Both the position numbers and the translations under genes were made by a program. 33,214 nucleotides of DNA from an uncultured Clostridia bacterium (GTDB lineage: Bacteria > Bacillota > Clostridia > Christensenellales > UBA1242), in the NCBI GenBank assembly GCA_947584775.1, contig CANPWT010000002.1, forward strand, positions 1 to 33,214. The letters run 5' to 3'. Positions 1 to 9,287 of the stretch are shown piece after piece (position 1 is the stretch's first letter; each line of letters starts with the position of its first letter). The notes under the pieces are model-generated. The model was not told the DNA's origin. It saw nothing but the letters and a program-made list of their open reading frames with translations, and made no database searches.

Positions 1-128
1 AATTTGACAAAATTAAATTTTTTTTTATTATTTTATTTGATTTTACGACATTCATACCACAAGGCTTTTTAATTTGTTTCAAATTTGAAAAGCATAGTTG
101 ATTTGATTGACAAATTTTAAAATTTAAC

Positions 129-216
129 GAGATTCACTCCATGCGCTTCGCTTAGTCGGAATGACGCGTCACAAACTGCACTTTTGCTAGTTTGCAAGGT
201 ATTGCAAACATAAGCC
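129..216 (+). repeat. 88-bp composite repeat, copy 1. A 37-nt GAGATTC..GGAATGAC module is followed by a 43-nt module containing a GCAAACT/AGTTTGC hairpin.
   Basis: Direct repeat of 407..494 at an offset of 278 bp, 85/88 identical. All 3 differences are A/G transitions. The 43-nt module recurs at 30529..30571. Confidence 0.85.
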
Positions 217-223
217 TAAGTTT

Positions 224-283
224 GTTTGTTCCTTTTATGAGGGAGACCGCAAAGTTCTCCCTCATGTCTCCTACTCCATAAGG
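224..283. repeat. 60-bp module containing the 29-nt hairpin ATGAGGGAGA-N9-TCTCCCTCAT (237..265)
   Basis: Inverted copy of 511..570. The sub-segment 224..244 is the perfect reverse complement of 550..570. Hairpin 237..265 is the exact reverse complement of 30611..30639. Confidence 0.85.
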
Positions 284-406
284 CTATAATAATTAGAAGT
301 GGTGAAATTTACGAATACTTGGAGTGAAGCAAAGCGCAGCCTATGACATTGTCATACCGAGCGAGTGGAACGAGCCGAGTATATCTCTTTATTAACATAT
401 ATTTCT

Positions 407-494
407 GAGATTCGCTCCATGCGCTTCGCTTAGTCGGAATGACGCGTCGCAAACTGCACTTTTGCTAGTTTGCAAGGTATTGCAAACATAGGCC
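407..494 (+). repeat. 88-bp composite repeat, copy 2
   Basis: Direct repeat of 129..216. The similarity continues through 443..557, which matches 30525..30639. Confidence 0.85.
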
Positions 495-510
495 TTTTCT
501 AATTAATAAA

Positions 511-570
511 CCTTATGGAGTAGGAACCATGAGGGAGAACCCTCGGTGTTCCCTCATAAAAGGAACAAAC
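511..570. repeat. 60-bp module containing hairpin 529..557; inverted copy of 224..283
   Basis: CCTTATGGAGTAGGA flank plus an ATGAGGGAG..CCCTCAT hairpin plus AAAAGGAACAAAC. The same orientation is seen at 30591..30639. Confidence 0.85.
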
Positions 571-716
571 TGCATTTTTGCTCATTTACTCCAAGTATTC
601 GTAAATTTCGATTATGGCTTGCTTAACTTATTTAACTTAACCAAAGTGTTTTGCGGGTCTTTATTTAATCCCGCATTTTTTACTTTAAAATATTTGGCTA
701 AAATTGTTGAATTTAT

Positions 717-745
717 TTGTAAAATATTGGTTAATGTGGTAAAAT
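717..745 (+). promoter_or_regulatory. Candidate sigma-A promoter for the giant gene
   Basis: TTGTAA (717..722), a 17-nt spacer ending in TGg, then TAAAAT (740..745). This predicts a leader of about 238 nt. Confidence 0.45.
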
Positions 746-789
746 AATTAAAAATATATATGCTAGGTTAATTTTGCTCGTTTGTTAGG

Positions 790-965
790 TGGCAAAACTT
801 CCGTTGTCTTGTTGTGCCCTTATCGGGCAGGGCGTAAGCCAAGTTGGGCGTATTGGTTTAAGTGAGGGCAATCTGGGTTCCAATCACGGCCGCTTACATG
901 ATGGCTAAATTGTAAAAAATGTTTGGCTTGCCGCGCCTTATGGGTATATAGCAAATTACAGCGCA
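790..965 (+). promoter_or_regulatory. GC-enriched, hairpin-rich 5' leader of the giant gene; candidate cis-regulatory RNA of unidentified class
   Basis: Local GC is clearly above the flanking AT-rich DNA. Helices seen: TGCCC-TTATC-GGGCA (815..829), and GCGTATTGG (848..856) pairing with CCAATCACG (880..888) with one bulge. No ORF is present. Confidence 0.35.
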
Positions 966-989
966 TGCGGATGAATTAGGGGGAATAAA

Positions 990-3900
990 ATGCCGGTTAA
1001 AAGAGTAAAAAAATTTTTAATTATTTTAACGTTTTGCTTGGTGGTAGCGTTGGCGTCTTTTTCAGTTGTATACGCACTTTCCAAACAAAGTAAAACCGCC
1101 TCACCCGCCCTCCAAGTAAGCGCCGACACATCGAACTTGGCAAAGAATGGTACGGATTATACAATTGACAACAATGGGGCAATTCATATTTATACTGCCC
1201 GCGGCTTAAATTGGTTTAGATGCCAAGTTAATGGCCAGAATGAAGAAAATAACTCATTTACACATAAATGGGGTTTGGGAGGAATGTTTGAATCTTTTAA
1301 TGATTTGCATTATAATGGTGCCACTGTTTATCTTGAAAACGATATTGATTTAAAAGATTATTCCAATTGGACACCGATAGGTTATTACAATTACGTAAGT
1401 GATGGAAGTACATTGGCTAATTATGGCAGAGTAAATGATAGAGCATTCCGTGGGACTTTTGACGGGCAAGGGCATACTATTTACAATTTAAAAATGCAAA
1501 ACAAAACAGATGATAATAATTTTGATAACAAAGGTGAGGTTGTTGGCTTATTCGGTTTAGTGGCGGGTGGTAATGCCGTTATAAAAAATTTGTGTTTAAA
1601 TGGTGTATCAATAAAACTTGAAGGAATGACGGCCACAAGTGTTGGAACATTGGTTGGGAATGCGGGAGAATTTTTGAAAATCGATAAGCTGGGAGGACAC
1701 AGTTATAATAATAATGAGCAGATAACAATAGAGAATTGCATGGTTTTAAATGCGAACATAAACGTAACCGGTCCATCAAATAGTTCTGATGTTGTAGCGT
1801 GCGGAGGGCTTATTGGGACTGCTGATGACCAGCTAACAATCAAAAATTGTGCGGTTCAAGCAGAAATAACTAATAAAGGATCAGAAGATCGTCATGCTAG
1901 AGGATTGTTAGGATATGTGTATTGTTCTTATTCATACACAGAAGCCCCAGAAGGTTTGACTTCGACCGCAACTTATGGTTTTGGTAAGATAATAATGCAA
2001 GATTGTTATTTTAAAGGTGGGTTAAAAGTCAATGACAATCTTCAAAAAGACAACACACAAGGCTTAAATATTCCTACTGCACTCTCAACTTCTTTGCATT
2101 ATGAATTTGTGCTTGGTACAGCAACATATGAAAATGTCTACATCAACGACAATCGCAACACGGTAATTGATCACTTTGAAAAACTTGGTTCAATTAGCGG
2201 AGGTGCTGGAACTACTCGCTGGAAAGCATATGGGTACATTGATAATGATCCGTGGGGTAATGGATACCCTATTTTAGATCAATTTGTAAATCCAAAATCT
2301 TATGTTTATTTTGGGGTGGATGATGCTGGTGACGTGTTATTAACTATTACAGGAAAAGATATTTATAATAGCCAAAAAACATATGTTAACAAAAGCAGTA
2401 ATGTAACTTTAGCCTATTATATGCCTGTTGACCTTTACACAAAAGGTAGTGACGGCGTCATGAAAATCGATGCAAGTAAAAATTTAATTTATAATGATGC
2501 ATTATCGCCTTGTTTTAGAAGTTCTGAGAAATCTTCTTCAATTACAATATCAATAATTGGCTATGAAATAACATTTGAATGTGCAGAAGAAAACAAATAT
2601 TTAGAATTACAGTTAATCAAGGATCGTGATGATAAATATACGATAACTGCAACAAAAAAACAAGCACCAATTTCAACTATTAGATTATCAGTAACTGACA
2701 CATATTATCCAAAAGGCTTAAGTTTTAGATATAAAGATAATTCATATGAATGCAGTAATCAAGCGTTTGTTTTGAGTGGCCTTTCTATTCCTAATGAATT
2801 CTCTTTATCATATTCAAAAAACGGAGCCGATATTAGTCAATTTATTCCTTGTCATGCTAGATTAGATTGGAACGATGAAAAAAATGGACAAGAGAGTGTT
2901 AGCTTATATCAAAGCGATGGTCGATATAGGTTAAAAAAAGTTATAATAAAAGGCGGCCCTACTTTCGACACGGCTAATAGTAACAGAGATTGGGATTCTG
3001 CTTCATTTCAGTATAGTGAATCGGAAATTTTAGAAATCCAATTTGATATAGAACCCGTTTATACATACATAACTTTCAGTGTGGGTCTTTTAACAAATGG
3101 TCAAATATATCCAGGATATAATAATGTTGCAGTGAACGAATTTATTCAAAGAGAGTTTTATTTAAATGGTGTTAAGCAGAACGAAATCTTGGGCGCGGTT
3201 GGATTGGTTAATGATTACGATACCATTGAAATCAACAAAGATGGTAGTGCAGTCATATTATCTAACATCATCAAAGATAATAAGCGTTATACATTAAACA
3301 TAACAATAAACAAAAATGTTAAAGGTTTTAGGTTTATTAAATGGCAACGTGGCGATTTGTCAAACGATTTTTACGATTTAGAAAACGATGCCGACTATGG
3401 CTATGACAATATTATGTATTCAGACATGGACGATCTTTATTATATAAATATGCGCGCTGTTTTTCAGCCGGTGAATTACTCAGTTGGGTTGGCATATTCG
3501 GCGAATGCGGAAGGTGTAATTAGGGCGACCAATGTTCAATATAATATTTTATCGGGGGCGAATTTAACTGACTATGCGCCAAAAACCGATTCAGAAATTT
3601 TAACTGACGCAGAAAAGAGTTATTTATCATCACGAAGTTTGGAATTTTCATCCTTTATAATTGACACTGCAAAAATAGATGCAGATCTTTATAATTGCAG
3701 TTTTAATGCGGGAGATAAAAAATTTATAATTGACAGTAAAAACAATGACAATGTTCACATTATTTTTGGCTATAATAAATTTTTGCAATATGTTGACAAT
3801 GGGGACACATACTATTACGTTTATGTAGACAAAATTTACCCAGGCTCGTATGGTGATTACAAGAAATTTACTTCATTTTTAGAATTTGATACATGGGATA

Positions 3901-6900
3901 ATGGTTGGGATTTTCCTGAACCTATTACAAATTTGCCTGACAATATGAGTTTAAAAATTAACAGCGGATCTTATCACAACCTTACCGTTGATAACGAAAA
4001 GTTAAGTTTTACTTATTACAATAATACATTGTGCGAAGATGTTATATACTTTAATTCTGATGAGTTTAATTCATTGATTGAAGATCAAAATGGTTATATT
4101 TTTAATCGATATCTCATAAAAAACAATCCTTATCAATATTATCAATTTAGGAGGTCGGGGAACAGCGTCCTTTTAAACATTAATTGCCAACAAAATACTA
4201 CTCTTACTATAACAGTAACATTAAAGTATACCATTTCTGGCACATTAGAATTTAATGATACTTATGAACTAATAGAACGGGCAATCGCTACCAAATATTA
4301 TGTAATTTCGAGACCGGAGGGGTGGTTCTTGCCAATGGGAAAAGATGCTCTCGACTATGATAGTTGGGATCTCCCAATGCTGAAAGATGCGCCTATTTAT
4401 GCGCGTTTTGCCCCTGTTTACGACATTAAAATTACCAATGGCACGGCAGATTATTTTGACGGGCTAGATAATGAGGCAGAGTTGCAAGGCGTTGGTGGCG
4501 GAGTGTTAAACGGCAACTCGGACGATGTCACAATAAGCCAAGATGGCGTTACAATTAAAGTTCAAGATAGCGGTAACTATATGTATCCGTTTATGACAAG
4601 TTATTACGCCGAAAATTTAACGGATGATAACGGGCGGGCTATAAAGTTTTTAGACATGGCGTCCATTGGAGATGCATCCCTAATTTCATACATTACGCCG
4701 TTAAGTTTTTACAAGTTAAATGATTTTAGCGCTAACATCTCGGCGGCCAGCAACAAAGGTTATTATTATGTGTATAACTATGGGCATCAAATTTCGGCTT
4801 GGGTAATTAAAATTACCATACCAACAAAGGGCTCGCAGGAGGTTATCACAAAATATTTAACCGCGGAAACGGACGGTGACGATGGAAACGGACCAATTAT
4901 TTGGAGTTTAAAAGAAGTTCAAAACGGGGTGATACCTTATACTCCTATTGGCTTGTTAACCGGCAGCAACCTGGAAAACCTTGGTTTAATAACCGAATTT
5001 GTGGATTTAATTGTTAAAAACGGCAACACGGGGGACATTGGCATTGAGATGTATCCATTGTGGGAAAATGTTAGCCTTGGCGTAACGGGCGAGGAAGATA
5101 TTAACTTTACCAACACAAACGATGGCGTTATAACTTATGGTGGCGATTATGAGTTAAACGGCGGAACGGTTGAAGCAGGCAAATCTTTGGCGCATTATGT
5201 TTTAGAGGATTCAACCTACAAAGACGGCGAGGAACTAGACGCTAATTCTAAAATTGCTGTTAAAAAAGCAAAATGGAACTACACCTATTTTAACAAAGAC
5301 GATTTCACACTAGAATTTACCGATGAGGGCAAAGTAATTTACAACATTGCGTTGCGCCCTGTTAATTTGGACATGTTGTTCCGCGTTCAATTAAACCTTA
5401 ATGGCGGCGAGGAATTAACAAGCGAAAATTATGTAACTAAAGCAGAAGTTCCAGATGCTAGAAAGATAAAAACAAGCGTTGCGTGGGGCATGGCTGATTA
5501 TTATGACGGTTGGGTAGAACGCTATTTAGAAGAGTATAAATTTAAATTTAATTATTTTGTTAATTGCATAACAAACAAAGTGGATATCTATCCTTTTGAC
5601 AATAATTTTAATTTGCGAACGCTATATATTACAACCCAAGGGGAATATTTCATCTATTTAGCAAACAACCAAACCCCAATTTTACCGGTGTTTAGCAAAA
5701 ACGGCTTCGATTTGATTGCATATTCAAGCGATAATGACCGCGATGACTATAAAGAGGTTGTTTACACAACAAGTTTGTATAAAGCGGAAGAGCACGAAGC
5801 GTCTGTTAGAGAATTAGCCAAAGGTTTATTAAAACCTATGGAAAAGTTTAGCATCTCGTACGAGCAAAGTGCAGACACTATTATGTTTACCGCGGAGTAT
5901 TATAGGCAATTTTACTATTTGCAAGTTGACACCTTGTTTGAAAATGCATCTGGCCTGTATGGCTATGCAATTATAAAAGTTGACGATAATTTAGACAATA
6001 CTTTAGATGCAAATTACCTTGCAATTTATTCTACCGCCAACCGGGCTATGTATTATTCAAAAGTGGGTTCAGACCAACTTTCTGATATATTTGTAAACAA
6101 CAAATTTACCGGCACAAAAGTGGACAATATTAAAGTTTACAACAACAGCGTTGTAACAATCACCGCTTGCGACCAAAGTTCGTATCCTGAACTATTTAGT
6201 TCGTCCAATTATGACAACATGATTGGTTATAGGTTCGATAATTTTGTTATATCTCATGAAATTTTAGACAATAATCCGGACATTTACATTGCTGAATACA
6301 ATATTCAGGAATTGCCGCTAAAAACGGGGGATGTTATTGCAGTTGAACTTAATTACGTTAAAATAACTTACACATTTACCCTGGCGTTGGTGGACGAGGC
6401 GGCGGGCAGCCTAAACTATATTTACAACGGAATTACAAGCGCCAATTTTGATACGGCCGACATAACCCTAACAGTGGGCGATGTTTACTTAATAACCTAC
6501 AACGCAGAGTTGGGCTACGAGTTTAGCGAAGACGCATTTGTTTTAAATGTTGGCGGGCAACAAGTTGTTCTTAAACGCTACAGCGAAAGCATAAATTATG
6601 TCCGCACGCGCGATAGCGTTATTGATAGCGATAAAGTTTACTACGCTTTAATTAATGGCGTTTACACAAAAGTTAACAAGCCAATATCCGCCAACTTGGC
6701 CGATTATTACGAGGTTAGCAGCATAAGCCAAAACTACATTTTAACTTTAAACGGGCAATTTTTAAAGGATAACTATTATTCAATTGCAGATACTGCCTAT
6801 ACAACAAAAAATGCAACCGCTGGCAAACTTGATGTTAACACTCAAAAAATCGAATTTGGCTATTTATTAAAAGTGTACGATTCGGGCAACAGGGTTTGGC

Positions 6901-9239
6901 TTCCAACCAGGGAGTTGGGGGGCAACAATGATACGCGCGCAACCTTTGTGGTGGGCGACCGAATTGATATAATTAATGCATTTACTTGCTATGACGACAT
7001 GTATATCTATAACGACAGCGAAAACAACAAATATGCAATACTTACAAGTTACGCTTACAATATTTACGACCCTCAAAGCAGCAGCCTTTTATCTAAAACC
7101 TATAACTTCCCGCAAATAGAAGTGCCTGTGGGTAAATATGAAGTAAGCATACAAAATTTGTATTACATGGTTAAATCGAACTACAATCAAATTGTGTTGC
7201 CATCGTCACGAACATTTTACATGGTTTTAAATGTTAGGGAGTTATTTAAAATTAACTTAGAACTTGCAACAAACAACCCTGATTATGACAGTATTGGCAA
7301 CAAAACCCTTAGCGTTTACAATGTGGATAACCTGTTGCAAGAAAACCGCAAAACAGCAACCAAAATTAATGACGAAATAAAATATTATAACGGCAGCACG
7401 CTAGGCGGCAGAGAGGTTAAAACCAACTATATTTACACCTACTTTGGCTTGTACAACAACATCTCTTACACGCTGGACGAAACATTCTTTAATTCTGCAA
7501 CACTAAGTTTAAATAATGGCGAAACTGACTTTGAATTGGCAAGCAATCAAGTTGCGCTTTCCAACAACTTAACATTTGGCCTAGATGCAGTTTCGTTCGG
7601 GGAAAAACCGCGCGCAACTATCATAAAAGCAACCTTTATTGCCAAGCCTTTAACTGCTAAAATAAATTACACATTAACGGACGATAAAGGCACGCGTTCC
7701 ACCACAAATTTAAGCGAATTATCGGGCGTGTTAGATAAATTTGAACTAACCCCTAATGAGGAAATTTATATTAACACCACATTAAATATTAGTTACGCGT
7801 TAAATGTGGACTATGTTATGAAAGTGGAAATTGTGGATGCGGGCGAGGACGGGCAAAACACCGTATTCAACATAGATGCAGAATTAAACAGCGAGGATTT
7901 ATCTTACACGGTAAGCGCAAACAATTATTTGGCAAATAATGTAATAATCAATGTGGAAATAAGCAAAAAGAACAACGAAAACATAATCTTCCATGTTGTA
8001 GATAAATCTAGCAACGAAGTTATTAATCAATTTGGCGAGTTCGAACTAATTATTAATGGCGTAAAAACAGAATTTGCACAAAATAACAGTTACAACATTG
8101 TTGAATCTAGAAAAGTGGAATTGAACATAATTTCAGTGGAAAACGGCTATGTTTACGCCGGCTACAATTTTAAGGGCAGACATTATGACGATGAAATTAC
8201 AATAGAATCGTTTAGCCAAAGCGCTAATGCGGGCAACTATTACATTTTGCTTGAAAAATTGCCGGTTAACATAAGTTTGCAGTTGGATGAAAACCAAGCG
8301 CAAGAATATCAATTGTTTACTACTAACAATAGTTCTACAATCGACCAATCATCTCACACAATAACTTCCGCTCGCCTTGGCGATACAATAACCTTAGATA
8401 ACAGTTTGGTGGTTGGTGAAAGGCTTATAAATCAAGTGTATATTGACGGCAAAAATGTTGAACACAATCTAACAAAAGAGTTCACAATAACAAGCGAATT
8501 GCTAGCCGATTGTTATGACGAGCAAAATTCGTGCTACAATTTAAAAATTAAACTTTACACAACTAAAATTTATAAATTGGATGTGCAAATAGATGCGGGC
8601 GAAGAATTTATTAACAGTTTAACAACAGACCCTAACAATATGTTAAATGATAAGTTTGTCTATTTTGACCAAGGCACAAACATAAACTTAAAAATAACTT
8701 CAAAAATTGCCGGCAAATATAACATAACAATCCGCTATTTTGCTTCTGGGGAAGAGCAAGTTATTTCAGGCGATGAAATTGATGAAAATATAACACTTAA
8801 TTCCGATATTGTAGTGCACGTGTTGGCTGAAAGAAAAAGTTACGATGTAAATATATTGGAAAACCATTTCGACACAATGAACCAACTTGAAACCAACTCG
8901 CCAGTCCAGGCCGAAAACGCAGTTAATAATTTAACTACCACACAAAATCGCTTTGGCTTGGAAAATGAGTTGTCGGTTGCTCTCCGCTCAACCGATTACA
9001 ATTTGCGTCAATTAGTGTTCAGTTCAGAGGATGCAGAATTTACATTAACCTTTATTAACGACAAAATTTCAGTTTACAGCGAAGAGGATTACACCTTTAA
9101 AGATAATGTAATTAAAATTAACGGTTTAACTTTTGCTTTAAGCATGGATGGCGATAAACTTACAATTAATTACACTGTAACTTGCGAGGTTAACATAACT
9201 GTAAATTATATTTCAATTAAGGCTATAACCGATAAATAA
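990..9239 (+). CDS. Giant secreted or surface protein (2749 aa). It has an N-terminal signal peptide, a GLUG-motif beta-helix-like region, and then many divergent beta-rich modules.
   Basis: SD GGGGG lies 6 nt upstream of the ATG. The N-terminus MPVKRVKKFLIILTFCLVVALASFSVVYA reads as a signal sequence. FRGTFDGQGHTIYNL..VGLFGLVAGG..VGTLVGN..CGGLIGT matches the GLUG/IgA-protease-type repeat pattern. Recurrent G[YF]xF motifs are present (KGFRFIKW, LGYEFSEDAF, IGYRFDNF). No LPXTG or C-terminal TM segment. Confidence 0.9.
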   Translation: MPVKRVKKFLIILTFCLVVALASFSVVYALSKQSKTASPALQVSADTSNLAKNGTDYTIDNNGAIHIYTARGLNWFRCQVNGQNEENNSFTHKWGLGGMFESFNDLHYNGATVYLENDIDLKDYSNWTPIGYYNYVSDGSTLANYGRVNDRAFRGTFDGQGHTIYNLKMQNKTDDNNFDNKGEVVGLFGLVAGGNAVIKNLCLNGVSIKLEGMTATSVGTLVGNAGEFLKIDKLGGHSYNNNEQITIENCMVLNANINVTGPSNSSDVVACGGLIGTADDQLTIKNCAVQAEITNKGSEDRHARGLLGYVYCSYSYTEAPEGLTSTATYGFGKIIMQDCYFKGGLKVNDNLQKDNTQGLNIPTALSTSLHYEFVLGTATYENVYINDNRNTVIDHFEKLGSISGGAGTTRWKAYGYIDNDPWGNGYPILDQFVNPKSYVYFGVDDAGDVLLTITGKDIYNSQKTYVNKSSNVTLAYYMPVDLYTKGSDGVMKIDASKNLIYNDALSPCFRSSEKSSSITISIIGYEITFECAEENKYLELQLIKDRDDKYTITATKKQAPISTIRLSVTDTYYPKGLSFRYKDNSYECSNQAFVLSGLSIPNEFSLSYSKNGADISQFIPCHARLDWNDEKNGQESVSLYQSDGRYRLKKVIIKGGPTFDTANSNRDWDSASFQYSESEILEIQFDIEPVYTYITFSVGLLTNGQIYPGYNNVAVNEFIQREFYLNGVKQNEILGAVGLVNDYDTIEINKDGSAVILSNIIKDNKRYTLNITINKNVKGFRFIKWQRGDLSNDFYDLENDADYGYDNIMYSDMDDLYYINMRAVFQPVNYSVGLAYSANAEGVIRATNVQYNILSGANLTDYAPKTDSEILTDAEKSYLSSRSLEFSSFIIDTAKIDADLYNCSFNAGDKKFIIDSKNNDNVHIIFGYNKFLQYVDNGDTYYYVYVDKIYPGSYGDYKKFTSFLEFDTWDNGWDFPEPITNLPDNMSLKINSGSYHNLTVDNEKLSFTYYNNTLCEDVIYFNSDEFNSLIEDQNGYIFNRYLIKNNPYQYYQFRRSGNSVLLNINCQQNTTLTITVTLKYTISGTLEFNDTYELIERAIATKYYVISRPEGWFLPMGKDALDYDSWDLPMLKDAPIYARFAPVYDIKITNGTADYFDGLDNEAELQGVGGGVLNGNSDDVTISQDGVTIKVQDSGNYMYPFMTSYYAENLTDDNGRAIKFLDMASIGDASLISYITPLSFYKLNDFSANISAASNKGYYYVYNYGHQISAWVIKITIPTKGSQEVITKYLTAETDGDDGNGPIIWSLKEVQNGVIPYTPIGLLTGSNLENLGLITEFVDLIVKNGNTGDIGIEMYPLWENVSLGVTGEEDINFTNTNDGVITYGGDYELNGGTVEAGKSLAHYVLEDSTYKDGEELDANSKIAVKKAKWNYTYFNKDDFTLEFTDEGKVIYNIALRPVNLDMLFRVQLNLNGGEELTSENYVTKAEVPDARKIKTSVAWGMADYYDGWVERYLEEYKFKFNYFVNCITNKVDIYPFDNNFNLRTLYITTQGEYFIYLANNQTPILPVFSKNGFDLIAYSSDNDRDDYKEVVYTTSLYKAEEHEASVRELAKGLLKPMEKFSISYEQSADTIMFTAEYYRQFYYLQVDTLFENASGLYGYAIIKVDDNLDNTLDANYLAIYSTANRAMYYSKVGSDQLSDIFVNNKFTGTKVDNIKVYNNSVVTITACDQSSYPELFSSSNYDNMIGYRFDNFVISHEILDNNPDIYIAEYNIQELPLKTGDVIAVELNYVKITYTFTLALVDEAAGSLNYIYNGITSANFDTADITLTVGDVYLITYNAELGYEFSEDAFVLNVGGQQVVLKRYSESINYVRTRDSVIDSDKVYYALINGVYTKVNKPISANLADYYEVSSISQNYILTLNGQFLKDNYYSIADTAYTTKNATAGKLDVNTQKIEFGYLLKVYDSGNRVWLPTRELGGNNDTRATFVVGDRIDIINAFTCYDDMYIYNDSENNKYAILTSYAYNIYDPQSSSLLSKTYNFPQIEVPVGKYEVSIQNLYYMVKSNYNQIVLPSSRTFYMVLNVRELFKINLELATNNPDYDSIGNKTLSVYNVDNLLQENRKTATKINDEIKYYNGSTLGGREVKTNYIYTYFGLYNNISYTLDETFFNSATLSLNNGETDFELASNQVALSNNLTFGLDAVSFGEKPRATIIKATFIAKPLTAKINYTLTDDKGTRSTTNLSELSGVLDKFELTPNEEIYINTTLNISYALNVDYVMKVEIVDAGEDGQNTVFNIDAELNSEDLSYTVSANNYLANNVIINVEISKKNNENIIFHVVDKSSNEVINQFGEFELIINGVKTEFAQNNSYNIVESRKVELNIISVENGYVYAGYNFKGRHYDDEITIESFSQSANAGNYYILLEKLPVNISLQLDENQAQEYQLFTTNNSSTIDQSSHTITSARLGDTITLDNSLVVGERLINQVYIDGKNVEHNLTKEFTITSELLADCYDEQNSCYNLKIKLYTTKIYKLDVQIDAGEEFINSLTTDPNNMLNDKFVYFDQGTNINLKITSKIAGKYNITIRYFASGEEQVISGDEIDENITLNSDIVVHVLAERKSYDVNILENHFDTMNQLETNSPVQAENAVNNLTTTQNRFGLENELSVALRSTDYNLRQLVFSSEDAEFTLTFINDKISVYSEEDYTFKDNVIKINGLTFALSMDGDKLTINYTVTCEVNITVNYISIKAITDK

Positions 9240-9242
9240 ATT

Positions 9243-9270
9243 AAGAGGCTTAAATTGCCTCTTTTTTTAT
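9243..9270 (+). terminator. Rho-independent terminator of the giant gene
   Basis: AAGAGGC-TTAAATT-GCCTCTT followed by a T-run. Confidence 0.8.
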
Positions 9271-9287
9271 TTTTTTTCAAAAAACAG

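Larger units (their letters stand above)
304..609. repeat. 306-bp segment bounded by perfect 22-bp inverted repeats (304..325 and 588..609), MITE-like in outline
   Basis: GAAATTTACGAATACTTGGAGT at 304..325 is the exact reverse complement of ACTCCAAGTATTCGTAAATTTC at 588..609. The pairing continues imperfectly inward. No target-site duplication was seen. Confidence 0.6.

Noticed and set aside
529-747. 72-aa ORF in the track
   Set aside because: It starts inside hairpin repeat 529..557 and runs through repeat modules. It has no SD, a low-complexity hydrophobic translation, and the promoter of the giant gene overlaps its end.
790-965. c-di-GMP-I (GEMM) riboswitch assignment for the giant-gene leader
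   Set aside because: Only a loose resemblance was found (GGCAAAAC, hairpin, GGGCGTAAGCC). The conserved ACGCA/GACGCAAAGCC core and the tetraloop-receptor features are absent, so no class is asserted.
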